From an uncultured bacterium (GTDB lineage: Bacteria > Hydrogenedentota > Hydrogenedentia > Hydrogenedentales > JAEUWI01), in the NCBI GenBank assembly GCA_963977445.1, contig CAXBPH010000002.1, positions 15,809-79,808 of the forward strand: a DNA stretch of 64,000 nucleotides. The letters run 5' to 3'. The notes under the pieces were generated by a model. The model was not told where the DNA came from, ran no database searches, and saw nothing but the letters and a program-made list of their open reading frames with translations. Position numbers and translations under genes: made by a program. This document shows, in pieces, positions 23,268 to 31,215 of the stretch (the first letter of the stretch is position 1; the number at the start of each line of letters is the position of its first letter).

Positions 23268-23658
23268 ATACCTTCTTGTGGGGGCATTTGCACTGGCGGC
23301 CCATGGCATAGTGCGCTCGACAATCGATATCGACATCTGGGTGTCCCCGGAAAAGGACAACACCGAGGCGCTATTTCGCGCGCTGGTCAAGTTCGGCGCG
23401 CCCGTGGAACAGATTGCCGCGCGGGACTTCGAATCGGAGAACGTGATCTACCAGATCGGCGTTGCGCCACGGCGGATTGATATCATCACAACGGTTTCCG
23501 GCCTCCGATTCGACGAAGTCTATCCCAATTCCATTGAAGCAGAACTTGGGGGTATTGTGCTACGAATTCCCAGCATATCCGACCTCATTCTAAACAAAAA
23601 AGCTTCTGGTCGGCCTAAAGACATGTTAGATGTGACGGAATTGGAAAAACGGATTTAA
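23212..23658 (+). CDS. Minimal nucleotidyltransferase (DUF6036/AbiEii-like)
   Basis: LVGAFALAAHG..RSTIDIDIWV and K..SGRPKD..D motifs. Confidence 0.8.
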   Translation: MLNEDYKDMLLALSGEKVKYLLVGAFALAAHGIVRSTIDIDIWVSPEKDNTEALFRALVKFGAPVEQIAARDFESENVIYQIGVAPRRIDIITTVSGLRFDEVYPNSIEAELGGIVLRIPSISDLILNKKASGRPKDMLDVTELEKRI

Positions 23659-23694
23659 GTTTGGGGACCCGTGATATCGCCATCCTGCGGCGAA

Positions 23695-24564
23695 CTAAAG
23701 CACCAGTGCCCGGCATATATGGGCCGTAGCGCGGGATTTATTCAGCACATAAAAATGCACCCCCGGCACGCCGTGTTCGACAAGATCTTCCACCTGGCGG
23801 GTGGCATGATAAACGCCCGCCGAGTATTGACCTTCTTCATCGCCCTCGTGGGTCGACAAACGGCGCACGAGTTTTTCCGGCAATTCAGAGCCACACATGC
23901 TCGTGAGACGCTGAATCATGGCCAGATTGGTGACGGGCAAGATGCCGGGAACGATGGGGACATCTATTTTTGCCAGCGCGAGCCGATCACGAAACCGGTA
24001 AAAATCGTCATTATCGTAAAAAAGCTGGGTAACCACCACATCGGCACCGGCGTCTACTTTACGACGCAGATTCAAGAGGTCCGTAATGGCGTCGGGTGCT
24101 TCCTGGTGCACTTCGGGATAGCCCGCAACGAAGATTCCCATGTCGGGATACTCTTTGCGGATCATGGCTACCAGTTCATTGGCGTAGGAGAAGCCCCCTT
24201 CCGGAGCGACAAATTTATCTTCGCCCTTGGGTGGATCGCCGCGAAGGGCCACAATATATTGGACGCCACGACGTCGTGCCTCTTCGATATAGGTACGCAG
24301 TTCCTCTACCGTCGACCCCACGCAGGTGAGGTGGGACGCCACGGGAATGTCCTTGTAGCGAGACATGACGCCATCCAGGACTTCCAGGGTCTTCGACTGG
24401 GTGGAGCCACCCGCGCCATAGGTGCAGGTGATGAAGGCCGGCTTACAGGTAACCAGCTCATCCAGGTTTTCATAGAGGTTCGCCATACCAGTTTCAGTTT
24501 TGGGCGGAAATAATTCAAACGACACCGCCAGGCGGTCCCGATTATAAGTCTGGGCTAAATTCAC
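23695..24564 (-). CDS. metF: Methylenetetrahydrofolate reductase
   Basis: SFELFPPKT, TYGAGG, HLTCVG, ALRGDPP, AGYPEVH, TQLFYD. Confidence 0.97.
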   Translation of the reverse strand: MNLAQTYNRDRLAVSFELFPPKTETGMANLYENLDELVTCKPAFITCTYGAGGSTQSKTLEVLDGVMSRYKDIPVASHLTCVGSTVEELRTYIEEARRRGVQYIVALRGDPPKGEDKFVAPEGGFSYANELVAMIRKEYPDMGIFVAGYPEVHQEAPDAITDLLNLRRKVDAGADVVVTQLFYDNDDFYRFRDRLALAKIDVPIVPGILPVTNLAMIQRLTSMCGSELPEKLVRRLSTHEGDEEGQYSAGVYHATRQVEDLVEHGVPGVHFYVLNKSRATAHICRALVL

Positions 24565-24816
24565 GACCGTCCTTTCAATGTGGCGGCAGTCTACATCTTA
24601 TTTAAAATCAGGGGGTATGGGTACCCGGGGTATCCATTTGTGGTCCAACCGGGTCCCTTAGCCATAGTCCGTGCATAGCGGCGGACGACAATTGAAGGGC
24701 AATTTAACTCCCTTTCCATGCAATGGTACAATGAAAGACCCATTTCCGGGTAATCGGTTACCCGTGCCGGGTTTCTTACTGCAATTTCCTCTCCCCACGT
24801 GAATCGGAGTGTTTTC

Positions 24817-27800
24817 ATGAATTTTCTGGATGTCTTAAAAGAACACGTCGTCGTCCTTGACGGTGCCACGGGTACAGCAATTCAAGATCTGTATCTTGGC
24901 GATGATTCGTTCGGCGGCAGCGATTTCAAGATGCTTTCCGATCTGCTGTCCTTCTCGCGCCCCGACGATATGACCAATATCCACCTTAATTACTATAAGG
25001 CCGGGGCCCATGCGGTGGAGACGAATACCTTCGGTGCCACGCCCATGCGCTTGTCGGAATATGACTTTTCCGCCATCGATCTGAGCGCCTTTGCCGAAAA
25101 CCCCTATCCGGAAATGGATTTCAGCGGAAACGACTATGAAGCCCTGGCCTACTTTATGAGTCGTCGCGGCTGCGAACTGGCCTGCAATGCCCGGGAAATC
25201 TACAAGAAAGATCCTGACTACGACGGGCGGCCCCTCTTTGTATTCGGCTCCATTGGCCCCTCCAACCGGGTCCTTTCGTGCACGAAGGCCGATCTGCGGG
25301 TCTCCACCTACGAAGACATCATGGACAACTTCTACCACCAGGTCTTGGGCTTTGTCGATGGCGGTGCCGACGTGCTCCTCTATGAGACCCAGCAGGATAT
25401 CCTGGAGCTGAAGGCGGCCGTCATGGGCGGTCAGAAGGCCATGAAGGAAAAGGGCGTCAAACTGCCCATCATCTGCCAGGTGACGGTGGACCAATTTTCC
25501 AAGATGCAGATTTTCAACACGGACATCCATGCAGCCCTCGTGACTATGCAGGGTATCGGCATCGATGTATTTGGTATCAATTGCAGCATCGGGCCGGATC
25601 TCATGGAAAAGACAGTGGAAAAGCTGGCGCGCTACAGCCACATTCCCATTTCCGTGATTCCCAATGCGGGCCTGCCCACATCCGTTGACGGCAAGACCGT
25701 TTTCAAGTATCCGCCCGAAGAGTTCGGCCGTTACCAGCGTAAGTTTGCCGAGCATTATGGCGTGAATATCGTCGGCGGCTGTTGCGGCACGACGGCGGCC
25801 CACATCAAGTGCGTGGCCGACCAGGTGCGGGGTCTCAAGCCCAAAGTACGCACCCCGGAGAAGGGCCTCTATCTTTCGGGGCCGCAGAATGCCGTGTTGC
25901 TCGATGGCTCCAAGACCCTCATCCAATTTGGCGAGCGTCTCAATGTGCGCGGGTCCCAGAAGGTTCGCGACGCCGTCGAAAATGAAACGGGTATCGACCA
26001 CGACGTGCTGGAAGAAGTGGTGCACGAGCAGGTCGAAGGCCTGGGTTGTCAGGTCATCGATGTCTGCATGGATTCGAACCAGATTAACACCGTAGACGCC
26101 CTGAAAGAAGTGGTCCATGTGCAGACGACCGATTTCTCCGGTGCCATGTGCCTCGACTCCTTCCAGGTAGACGCCCTCGAAGAGTCCATCAAGCAATACC
26201 CTGGACGTCCCTTAGTCAACTCCATCTCCATGGAAGAAGCCTCGCCCGGCGTTCTCAAAATCGACGCGGTGCTGGATGCCGTGAATCAGCACAACCCCTG
26301 TTACGTGGGCCTCTGCACCGGCCCCAAGGGACCTGGCGCAACGCGGGAAGAGAAACTCGACCTCGCGAGCCAAATCCTCGATCGCGCCCTGGAGTTGTAT
26401 GGCGTCACGGCCGACCGCATGTTCATCGACGTAAACTGCTTCCCCTTAGGTTCGGAGTCGATAGAGGGACAAAACTTTGCCGTTGAGACCCTCGAAGGCA
26501 TCAAGGCGGTGAAGGAGAAGTACCCCACCGTCAACACGACGCTCGGTGTCGGTAACCTCACCAACGGACTTGCCAAAAAGCCCTATATGCGTAAAGTCCT
26601 CACCTCGGTCTTCCTCGACGAAGCACGGAAAATGGGCCTCGACTCGGCCATTATCAACCCCAACCACTACGTCTTCGTTTCCGACATCGACCCCCACGAT
26701 TACCAACTCGGGTTGAAGTCCATCCTGGAACGGGACATGGATGCCTTCGCCGAGCTGGAAGATATCGCTGAGCGAAAAACCGGTGTGGTGGTGGTCCGGC
26801 GCACGAGCTATGACGACCTGCCCCTGGAAGAGGCCATTTGCGAGAAAATAAAAGACGGCTTTAAAGAGCGGAACAAGGGCACCGTGGATTACCGCGGATT
26901 CACCTATGAGTACGCCGATAAAATCGTTCTTCAGGTGGTGGAATCCATGGACAAACACGAGCCCCTGGAATTCATCAACGAGCACCTCATGGGCGCTATG
27001 CAGGCCTTGGGTGATGGCTTTGGTCGTGGTGAAGTTTCCCTGCCCCACTTGCTGAAGGCGGCCGACGTCATGCGTCAGGCCATGGGCTTCCTTGAACAGT
27101 TCATGCGCAACGAAGCGGGTATCGATATCCACAGCAAGATTGAATACAAGGGTGTGGTCGTCATCGGTACGGTCTACCAGGATGTTCACTCCATCGGTAA
27201 AGACCTGGCCCGGACGCTGCTGGAAAACTACGGCTATCGGGTTATTGACCTGGGCACCATGACGCCTCTCCAGGCCTACATCGATGCGGCGAAAGAGCAT
27301 AACGCCCACGCCATTGGCATGTCGGCGTTGCTCGTGCAGACGTCCAACCACATGATCACCGTGGCCGATATGATGACCGAGCAGGGATTGGATATTCCCA
27401 TCCTCATCGGTGGTGCGCCCGTGAGTGACCGCCACGCGGCCTATGTGGCCATGGCGGGCAAAGACGCGCCCGAGGATATGCGGGAAAACGTCTTCTATTG
27501 CCGGACGGCGATGGACGGCGTCAACGTAATGAACAAGCTCCGCGCCACCGGAGACATCAGCGAGTACTATGCGGCGAATAAGGTAAAGCTCATCAAGCGG
27601 TTGGAGCGCGCTGAGAAGCGCGCCGCAGCGGACCAGGAATTACTGGATACATTGGCCCGACGTGAAGTGGGTTTCGATGGTTTCGAATTGGCCGCCGAGC
27701 CCCGATTTGGTCGCCGCAAGGTGACCTACAGTCTTCGCGATTTCGCGCCCTACATGGAGAAGAAAACGCTCTTCGCTCTCAACTGGCGTTTTGGCGGGAA

Positions 27801-28440
27801 GACGGCCCGTGAAAAGCAGGGCCATACCGAAGAAAAGCTCAACGCCCTCTTCGACGAGTGGATCGAAAAGGCGACGGACAACAACTGGGTGGTGCCCCAG
27901 GGCGTCATGGGCATTTACCCCTGTCAGGCCGATGGCGATGAAGTCGTCGTCTACGACCCCGAAGACCACAGCAAGGAAATCGCTCGCTTCGACTTTACCG
28001 TCGTGCTTGGTGGCGAAAAGAAAGATACCATCTGCGGTGCCCAGTATTACCACACCGTCGACAGTGGACAGATGAGTGCTATCGGCATCCAGCTCACCAC
28101 CAGTGGACCCCAGGTGGATGGCTTTATCGAGGAGATGAAAGCCGCCGGAGATTCCGAGTCGACGTTGTTCTTGCAGGGCCTCTCCGACCGTATTGCGGAA
28201 GACATGGCCGAGCACCTTCACCAGCAGATGCGTGCACTCATGGGCGTCAACGAAAAGCAGGGTCAACGTTGGAGTCCCGGCTATCCGGGTATGCGCAACA
28301 TTCACCTGAACGCTACGATTCACGACTTGTTGGGTGGCGAAGAGCTGATTGGCGTCAAGCTCACCGACGCCAGCGAGTTCAGTCCCACAGGGACGACCGG
28401 TGCGGTATGCAGTTTCCACCCCGAGGCACGGTATACGTAA
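24817..28440 (+). CDS. metH: Cobalamin-dependent methionine synthase
   Basis: LDGATGT, ETNTFG, INCS..GGCCGT Zn ligands, GERLN pterin domain, DVHSIGK B12 motif, RWSPGYP...FHPEARY activation end. Confidence 0.95.
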   Translation: MNFLDVLKEHVVVLDGATGTAIQDLYLGDDSFGGSDFKMLSDLLSFSRPDDMTNIHLNYYKAGAHAVETNTFGATPMRLSEYDFSAIDLSAFAENPYPEMDFSGNDYEALAYFMSRRGCELACNAREIYKKDPDYDGRPLFVFGSIGPSNRVLSCTKADLRVSTYEDIMDNFYHQVLGFVDGGADVLLYETQQDILELKAAVMGGQKAMKEKGVKLPIICQVTVDQFSKMQIFNTDIHAALVTMQGIGIDVFGINCSIGPDLMEKTVEKLARYSHIPISVIPNAGLPTSVDGKTVFKYPPEEFGRYQRKFAEHYGVNIVGGCCGTTAAHIKCVADQVRGLKPKVRTPEKGLYLSGPQNAVLLDGSKTLIQFGERLNVRGSQKVRDAVENETGIDHDVLEEVVHEQVEGLGCQVIDVCMDSNQINTVDALKEVVHVQTTDFSGAMCLDSFQVDALEESIKQYPGRPLVNSISMEEASPGVLKIDAVLDAVNQHNPCYVGLCTGPKGPGATREEKLDLASQILDRALELYGVTADRMFIDVNCFPLGSESIEGQNFAVETLEGIKAVKEKYPTVNTTLGVGNLTNGLAKKPYMRKVLTSVFLDEARKMGLDSAIINPNHYVFVSDIDPHDYQLGLKSILERDMDAFAELEDIAERKTGVVVVRRTSYDDLPLEEAICEKIKDGFKERNKGTVDYRGFTYEYADKIVLQVVESMDKHEPLEFINEHLMGAMQALGDGFGRGEVSLPHLLKAADVMRQAMGFLEQFMRNEAGIDIHSKIEYKGVVVIGTVYQDVHSIGKDLARTLLENYGYRVIDLGTMTPLQAYIDAAKEHNAHAIGMSALLVQTSNHMITVADMMTEQGLDIPILIGGAPVSDRHAAYVAMAGKDAPEDMRENVFYCRTAMDGVNVMNKLRATGDISEYYAANKVKLIKRLERAEKRAAADQELLDTLARREVGFDGFELAAEPRFGRRKVTYSLRDFAPYMEKKTLFALNWRFGGKTAREKQGHTEEKLNALFDEWIEKATDNNWVVPQGVMGIYPCQADGDEVVVYDPEDHSKEIARFDFTVVLGGEKKDTICGAQYYHTVDSGQMSAIGIQLTTSGPQVDGFIEEMKAAGDSESTLFLQGLSDRIAEDMAEHLHQQMRALMGVNEKQGQRWSPGYPGMRNIHLNATIHDLLGGEELIGVKLTDASEFSPTGTTGAVCSFHPEARYT

Positions 28441-28602
28441 TTGGGTCAGGCACAGAGGCGCGGCCGGGCGAGCGGACTAAATCCTCGAACGGTCGTCTCT
28501 ATCTGGCCTTGGTGAGCGATTGGTAGGTGTGGCGTTCTTTTCCACAATCGGGTAAACTGACGGTAGTTGTCGTTTGGCTTCGAGTGTAGAAAGGGACGTG
28601 CC

Positions 28603-29583
28603 GTGAATAATCCTGAACCATTACTCAGCGTGCAGATCGATGGCGTTGCCGTTGACGCCGCACGAATTCCCGTGGCCCACTTACTGCGCTTTCTCAACAA
28701 CATGACAAAAGCATTCCAGCGAACCGGGCGAGTACTACAAGGCAAATCAGATAGTGTACGTCGAGGGCCAGGGCCTGCGGCTATCTCCGAAGAGGTGGCG
28801 CTGGACTTGACGCTCTTGACGCACGGTAGCCCTTCTGCCGTGCTGGGATTCGAGCGGAGTCAATCCAAGCTCAGTTTTCCACAAATGGATAGTGGCATTG
28901 ACGTGTTTGAGGTCGCGATAAAGGGCTTGGCACTCGTCCAGGAGGCCGGGGATACCCTTCCCCATGGCTTTGATCGCGGGGTGCTCATGGCGTGGCGTGA
29001 CGCGGGGGGCTTGTTTCGGCAGGGCGTAGAGCGAATCGAATTTACCCTGAATAATCAGGACACCCCGCTGGTATCCGAATTTACACCCAGCGGGTTCGCG
29101 CGACTCCAACAAAGGATACAAGGGCCCCTGACCAACGTCCGAACGATTGAAGGACGCCTTATCATGGCTGATTTCAAGGAGCATGGGTCCCGATGCCGCA
29201 TCCATCCGTCAATGGGTGAGCCTGTGCTGTGTTTGTTCGACGACGCGCAAAAAGACGAGGTGCTGGAAGACATTCTGCAGTATGTACAAATCGTCGGCGA
29301 AGCCAAAGAAGACCCGGTGACGGGGAAAATAACCAGTATTCAGATTCATGACATAGAGCGTATGGATGCGCGGGATGGCCTTGGGGTTGAGCTGCTGCCT
29401 ACCGGTTTACCGCTCCCCCAGGACTTTTGGGATTCTCCCTCCCTGGACGAGCTGGCATCGGCGCAAGGGGTCTCGGCGATTTCCAATGTAGAGATGCTTT
29501 TCGGTACCTGGCCTGGCGATACAGGCGACGGGTTTGAAGGATTGGTCGAGGAACTGCGGCACAAAGGAATGGTCGAGAGTTAA
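28603..29583 (+). CDS. Hypothetical ~326-aa protein, putative large partner/antitoxin of the downstream PIN protein
   Basis: Long ORF ending 13 nt before the PIN gene; acidic C-terminal tail; GTG start inferred. Confidence 0.6.
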   Translation: MNNPEPLLSVQIDGVAVDAARIPVAHLLRFLNNMTKAFQRTGRVLQGKSDSVRRGPGPAAISEEVALDLTLLTHGSPSAVLGFERSQSKLSFPQMDSGIDVFEVAIKGLALVQEAGDTLPHGFDRGVLMAWRDAGGLFRQGVERIEFTLNNQDTPLVSEFTPSGFARLQQRIQGPLTNVRTIEGRLIMADFKEHGSRCRIHPSMGEPVLCLFDDAQKDEVLEDILQYVQIVGEAKEDPVTGKITSIQIHDIERMDARDGLGVELLPTGLPLPQDFWDSPSLDELASAQGVSAISNVEMLFGTWPGDTGDGFEGLVEELRHKGMVES

Positions 29584-29596
29584 GGGGGGAGTGACC

Positions 29597-29998
29597 ATGA
29601 CTAACGTAATGGTGGATACGAACATTGTGTCCTACTTGATGAAGGGGAATGACTTGGGCCGTCTTTATGCCCCACATCTTCAGGGAAAGGTGTTGTCCAT
29701 TTCTTTCATCACCGTGGGCGAGCTCTATTTTGGTGCAGAGAATGCACAGTGGGGCGAAAGCCGACGAAAAAAACTGGAGTCAAGTCTTCGAAATTTCGTC
29801 GTTGTTCCTTATGACCACGAAATCGCCCGGGCCTACGGTAAGGTCGTTGCGGAGAGAAAACGCAACGGCACGCCGATTGCCCCAAATGATGCCTGGATTG
29901 CAGCTTGTGCGGTTCGCCACCATGTTCCACTGGTTACGCACAACGTGAAAGATTTTACCGGTATCACCACGTTGAAAATAATTTCCGAAGTAAAATAG
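29597..29998 (+). CDS. vapC: PIN domain (VapC-like) ribonuclease toxin
   Basis: VDTNIVS, TVGEL, NDAWIAA, LVTHNVKDF acidic residues. Confidence 0.9.
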   Translation: MTNVMVDTNIVSYLMKGNDLGRLYAPHLQGKVLSISFITVGELYFGAENAQWGESRRKKLESSLRNFVVVPYDHEIARAYGKVVAERKRNGTPIAPNDAWIAACAVRHHVPLVTHNVKDFTGITTLKIISEVK

Positions 29999-30130
29999 GG
30001 AAACCTGCTTTCCCCATTTGCGATATGCCCGCAACCGATGGTGCCCAAAGCGTTACTATAATTCTATTCCCCGGTCCCAGCATCGACGTGCAGGTGAAGC
30101 GCGTCCCGAGAATCAGGCGATATACCCCGC

Positions 30131-30175
30131 AAAAAAGTCCAGGGACGTCGGCAGTATTGCTACTGCAGACGTCCC
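30131..30175 (-). terminator. Terminator hairpin closing the micro-ORF operon
   Basis: GGGACGTC.GCAGTA-TTGC-TACTGC.GACGTCCC followed by a T-tract on the minus strand; second hairpin CGGCATCCC...GGGATGCCG at 30196-30230. Confidence 0.6.
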
Positions 30176-30241
30176 CGCCCCACCGGTGATACGTACGGCA
30201 TCCCTGCCCCTGCCCAATTGTGGGATGCCGGTCCCAACGCG

Positions 30242-30349
30242 TCATGCCTGGCGATTGCTTTGAATGATGGTCCATTCTTTGTGACCGTTGTCGGTGCGGG
30301 CAGCGGCTTCCCGAACTTCCTGCAGGTCATTCATGTTGATAGAATTCAT
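30242..30349 (-). CDS. 35-aa micro-ORF MNSINMNDLQEVREAAARTDNGHKEWTIIQSNRQA (Hcp-like 'GHKEW' segment)
   Basis: Strong AAGGAGGA RBS 7 nt before ATG; translated by hand (below the ORF-track cut-off). Confidence 0.6.
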   Translation of the reverse strand: MNSINMNDLQEVREAAARTDNGHKEWTIIQSNRQA

Positions 30350-30427
30350 GGCGAAATCCTCCTTGGTTGCCTTCATACTTCCATGTCGCGATCCCGGGGC
30401 GAATGCCCTGGATATCAATTGGTGTTC

Positions 30428-30583
30428 TTAGGAAGCACCGGGGAAGCGCGGGGGGACGACCTGTTCACCAAAAAAAATCTTCTGGTCGGCCCCACCGGTT
30501 ACATGGGCTTCCTCATCGAGATCTTCGAGGAGAATTACCCGTTTAGCAGGACTCTTCGCAATCTTGCTGTTTTTTTCTGTCAT
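30428..30583 (-). CDS. 51-aa micro-ORF with double-glycine-like leader (LLEDLDEEAHVTGG|ADQKIFFGE...)
   Basis: AAGGGAGA RBS before ATG 30583. Confidence 0.6.
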   Translation of the reverse strand: MTEKNSKIAKSPAKRVILLEDLDEEAHVTGGADQKIFFGEQVVPPRFPGAS

Positions 30584-30668
30584 GGGGTAATCTCCCTTCG
30601 TTTTCACACACACACGTGGCCCGAAGGCCGCATTGCAGCACAGTAACTATCTGATTGGTCGGAATGGC

Positions 30669-30806
30669 CTAGTAGGGCGCCGATTCGCCGTCTACACCGT
30701 CTACACCGTCAAACTTGATGTAACCGGCACCGCCCTTGACGTCTTCCGCCTTCGCCTGGTCTTGATTTTTGCCTTCATTCATGTCGTTAATCTCTACCTC
30801 GCTCAT
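30669..30806 (-). CDS. 45-aa micro-ORF with GG leader and Hcp-like core (EDVKGG|AGYIKFDGVDGVDGESAPY)
   Basis: GGAGG RBS before ATG 30806. Confidence 0.65.
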   Translation of the reverse strand: MSEVEINDMNEGKNQDQAKAEDVKGGAGYIKFDGVDGVDGESAPY

Positions 30807-30891
30807 GGGCTTTTCCTCCGCCCCCTGCATGGGGCTGTTTTTTCTGTGCGCCTCTTGTGGCACCCGCTGAACGATCAATCTACAAGGTTTA

Positions 30892-30908
30892 CGCCACTAC
30901 CGTGCCAA
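30892..30908 (-). promoter_or_regulatory. Sigma54 (-24/-12) promoter
   Basis: TTGGCACG-GTAG-TGGC with the canonical GG-N10-GC spacing; IHF-like AATCAAGTTGCTG at 30941-30953. Confidence 0.6.
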
Positions 30909-31215
30909 GTTGTTTGGTTGGTGTGTAAGTGGTTTGATTTCAGCAACTTGATTGTTTGTGTGCGTTGTATTCTGGCGGCCGGGGCATGACCGGGGGGCCG
31001 AAATGTGCCCGAAAACGATACCATGGCATCAAAATGGCCCTATAGCAATCATGGGTCGTCCGTGCTTCAGGCCGATTCGGACGGGGAACAGCCCGAGGGC
31101 CATCTCTCTTTCGGTCAAACTATCATCTACAGCGAAAAATAGCGTACAATACCCGTAATGCGGTGGCACGCGGGCTCTTCAGATAAACACAGTTTGGCGG
31201 ACAGGTGTATTTTAA

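Noticed and set aside
27178..27204. MetH B12 motif DVHSIGK rather than DVHDIGK
   Set aside because: The DxHxxG consensus is retained, so there is no evidence of lost function.
24835..28419. Long antisense ORFs (also 14443-15459, 15879-16991, 38476-39585, 48418-49518, 52474-53793)
   Set aside because: Shadow frames opposite well-supported genes, as expected from GC-rich codon bias.
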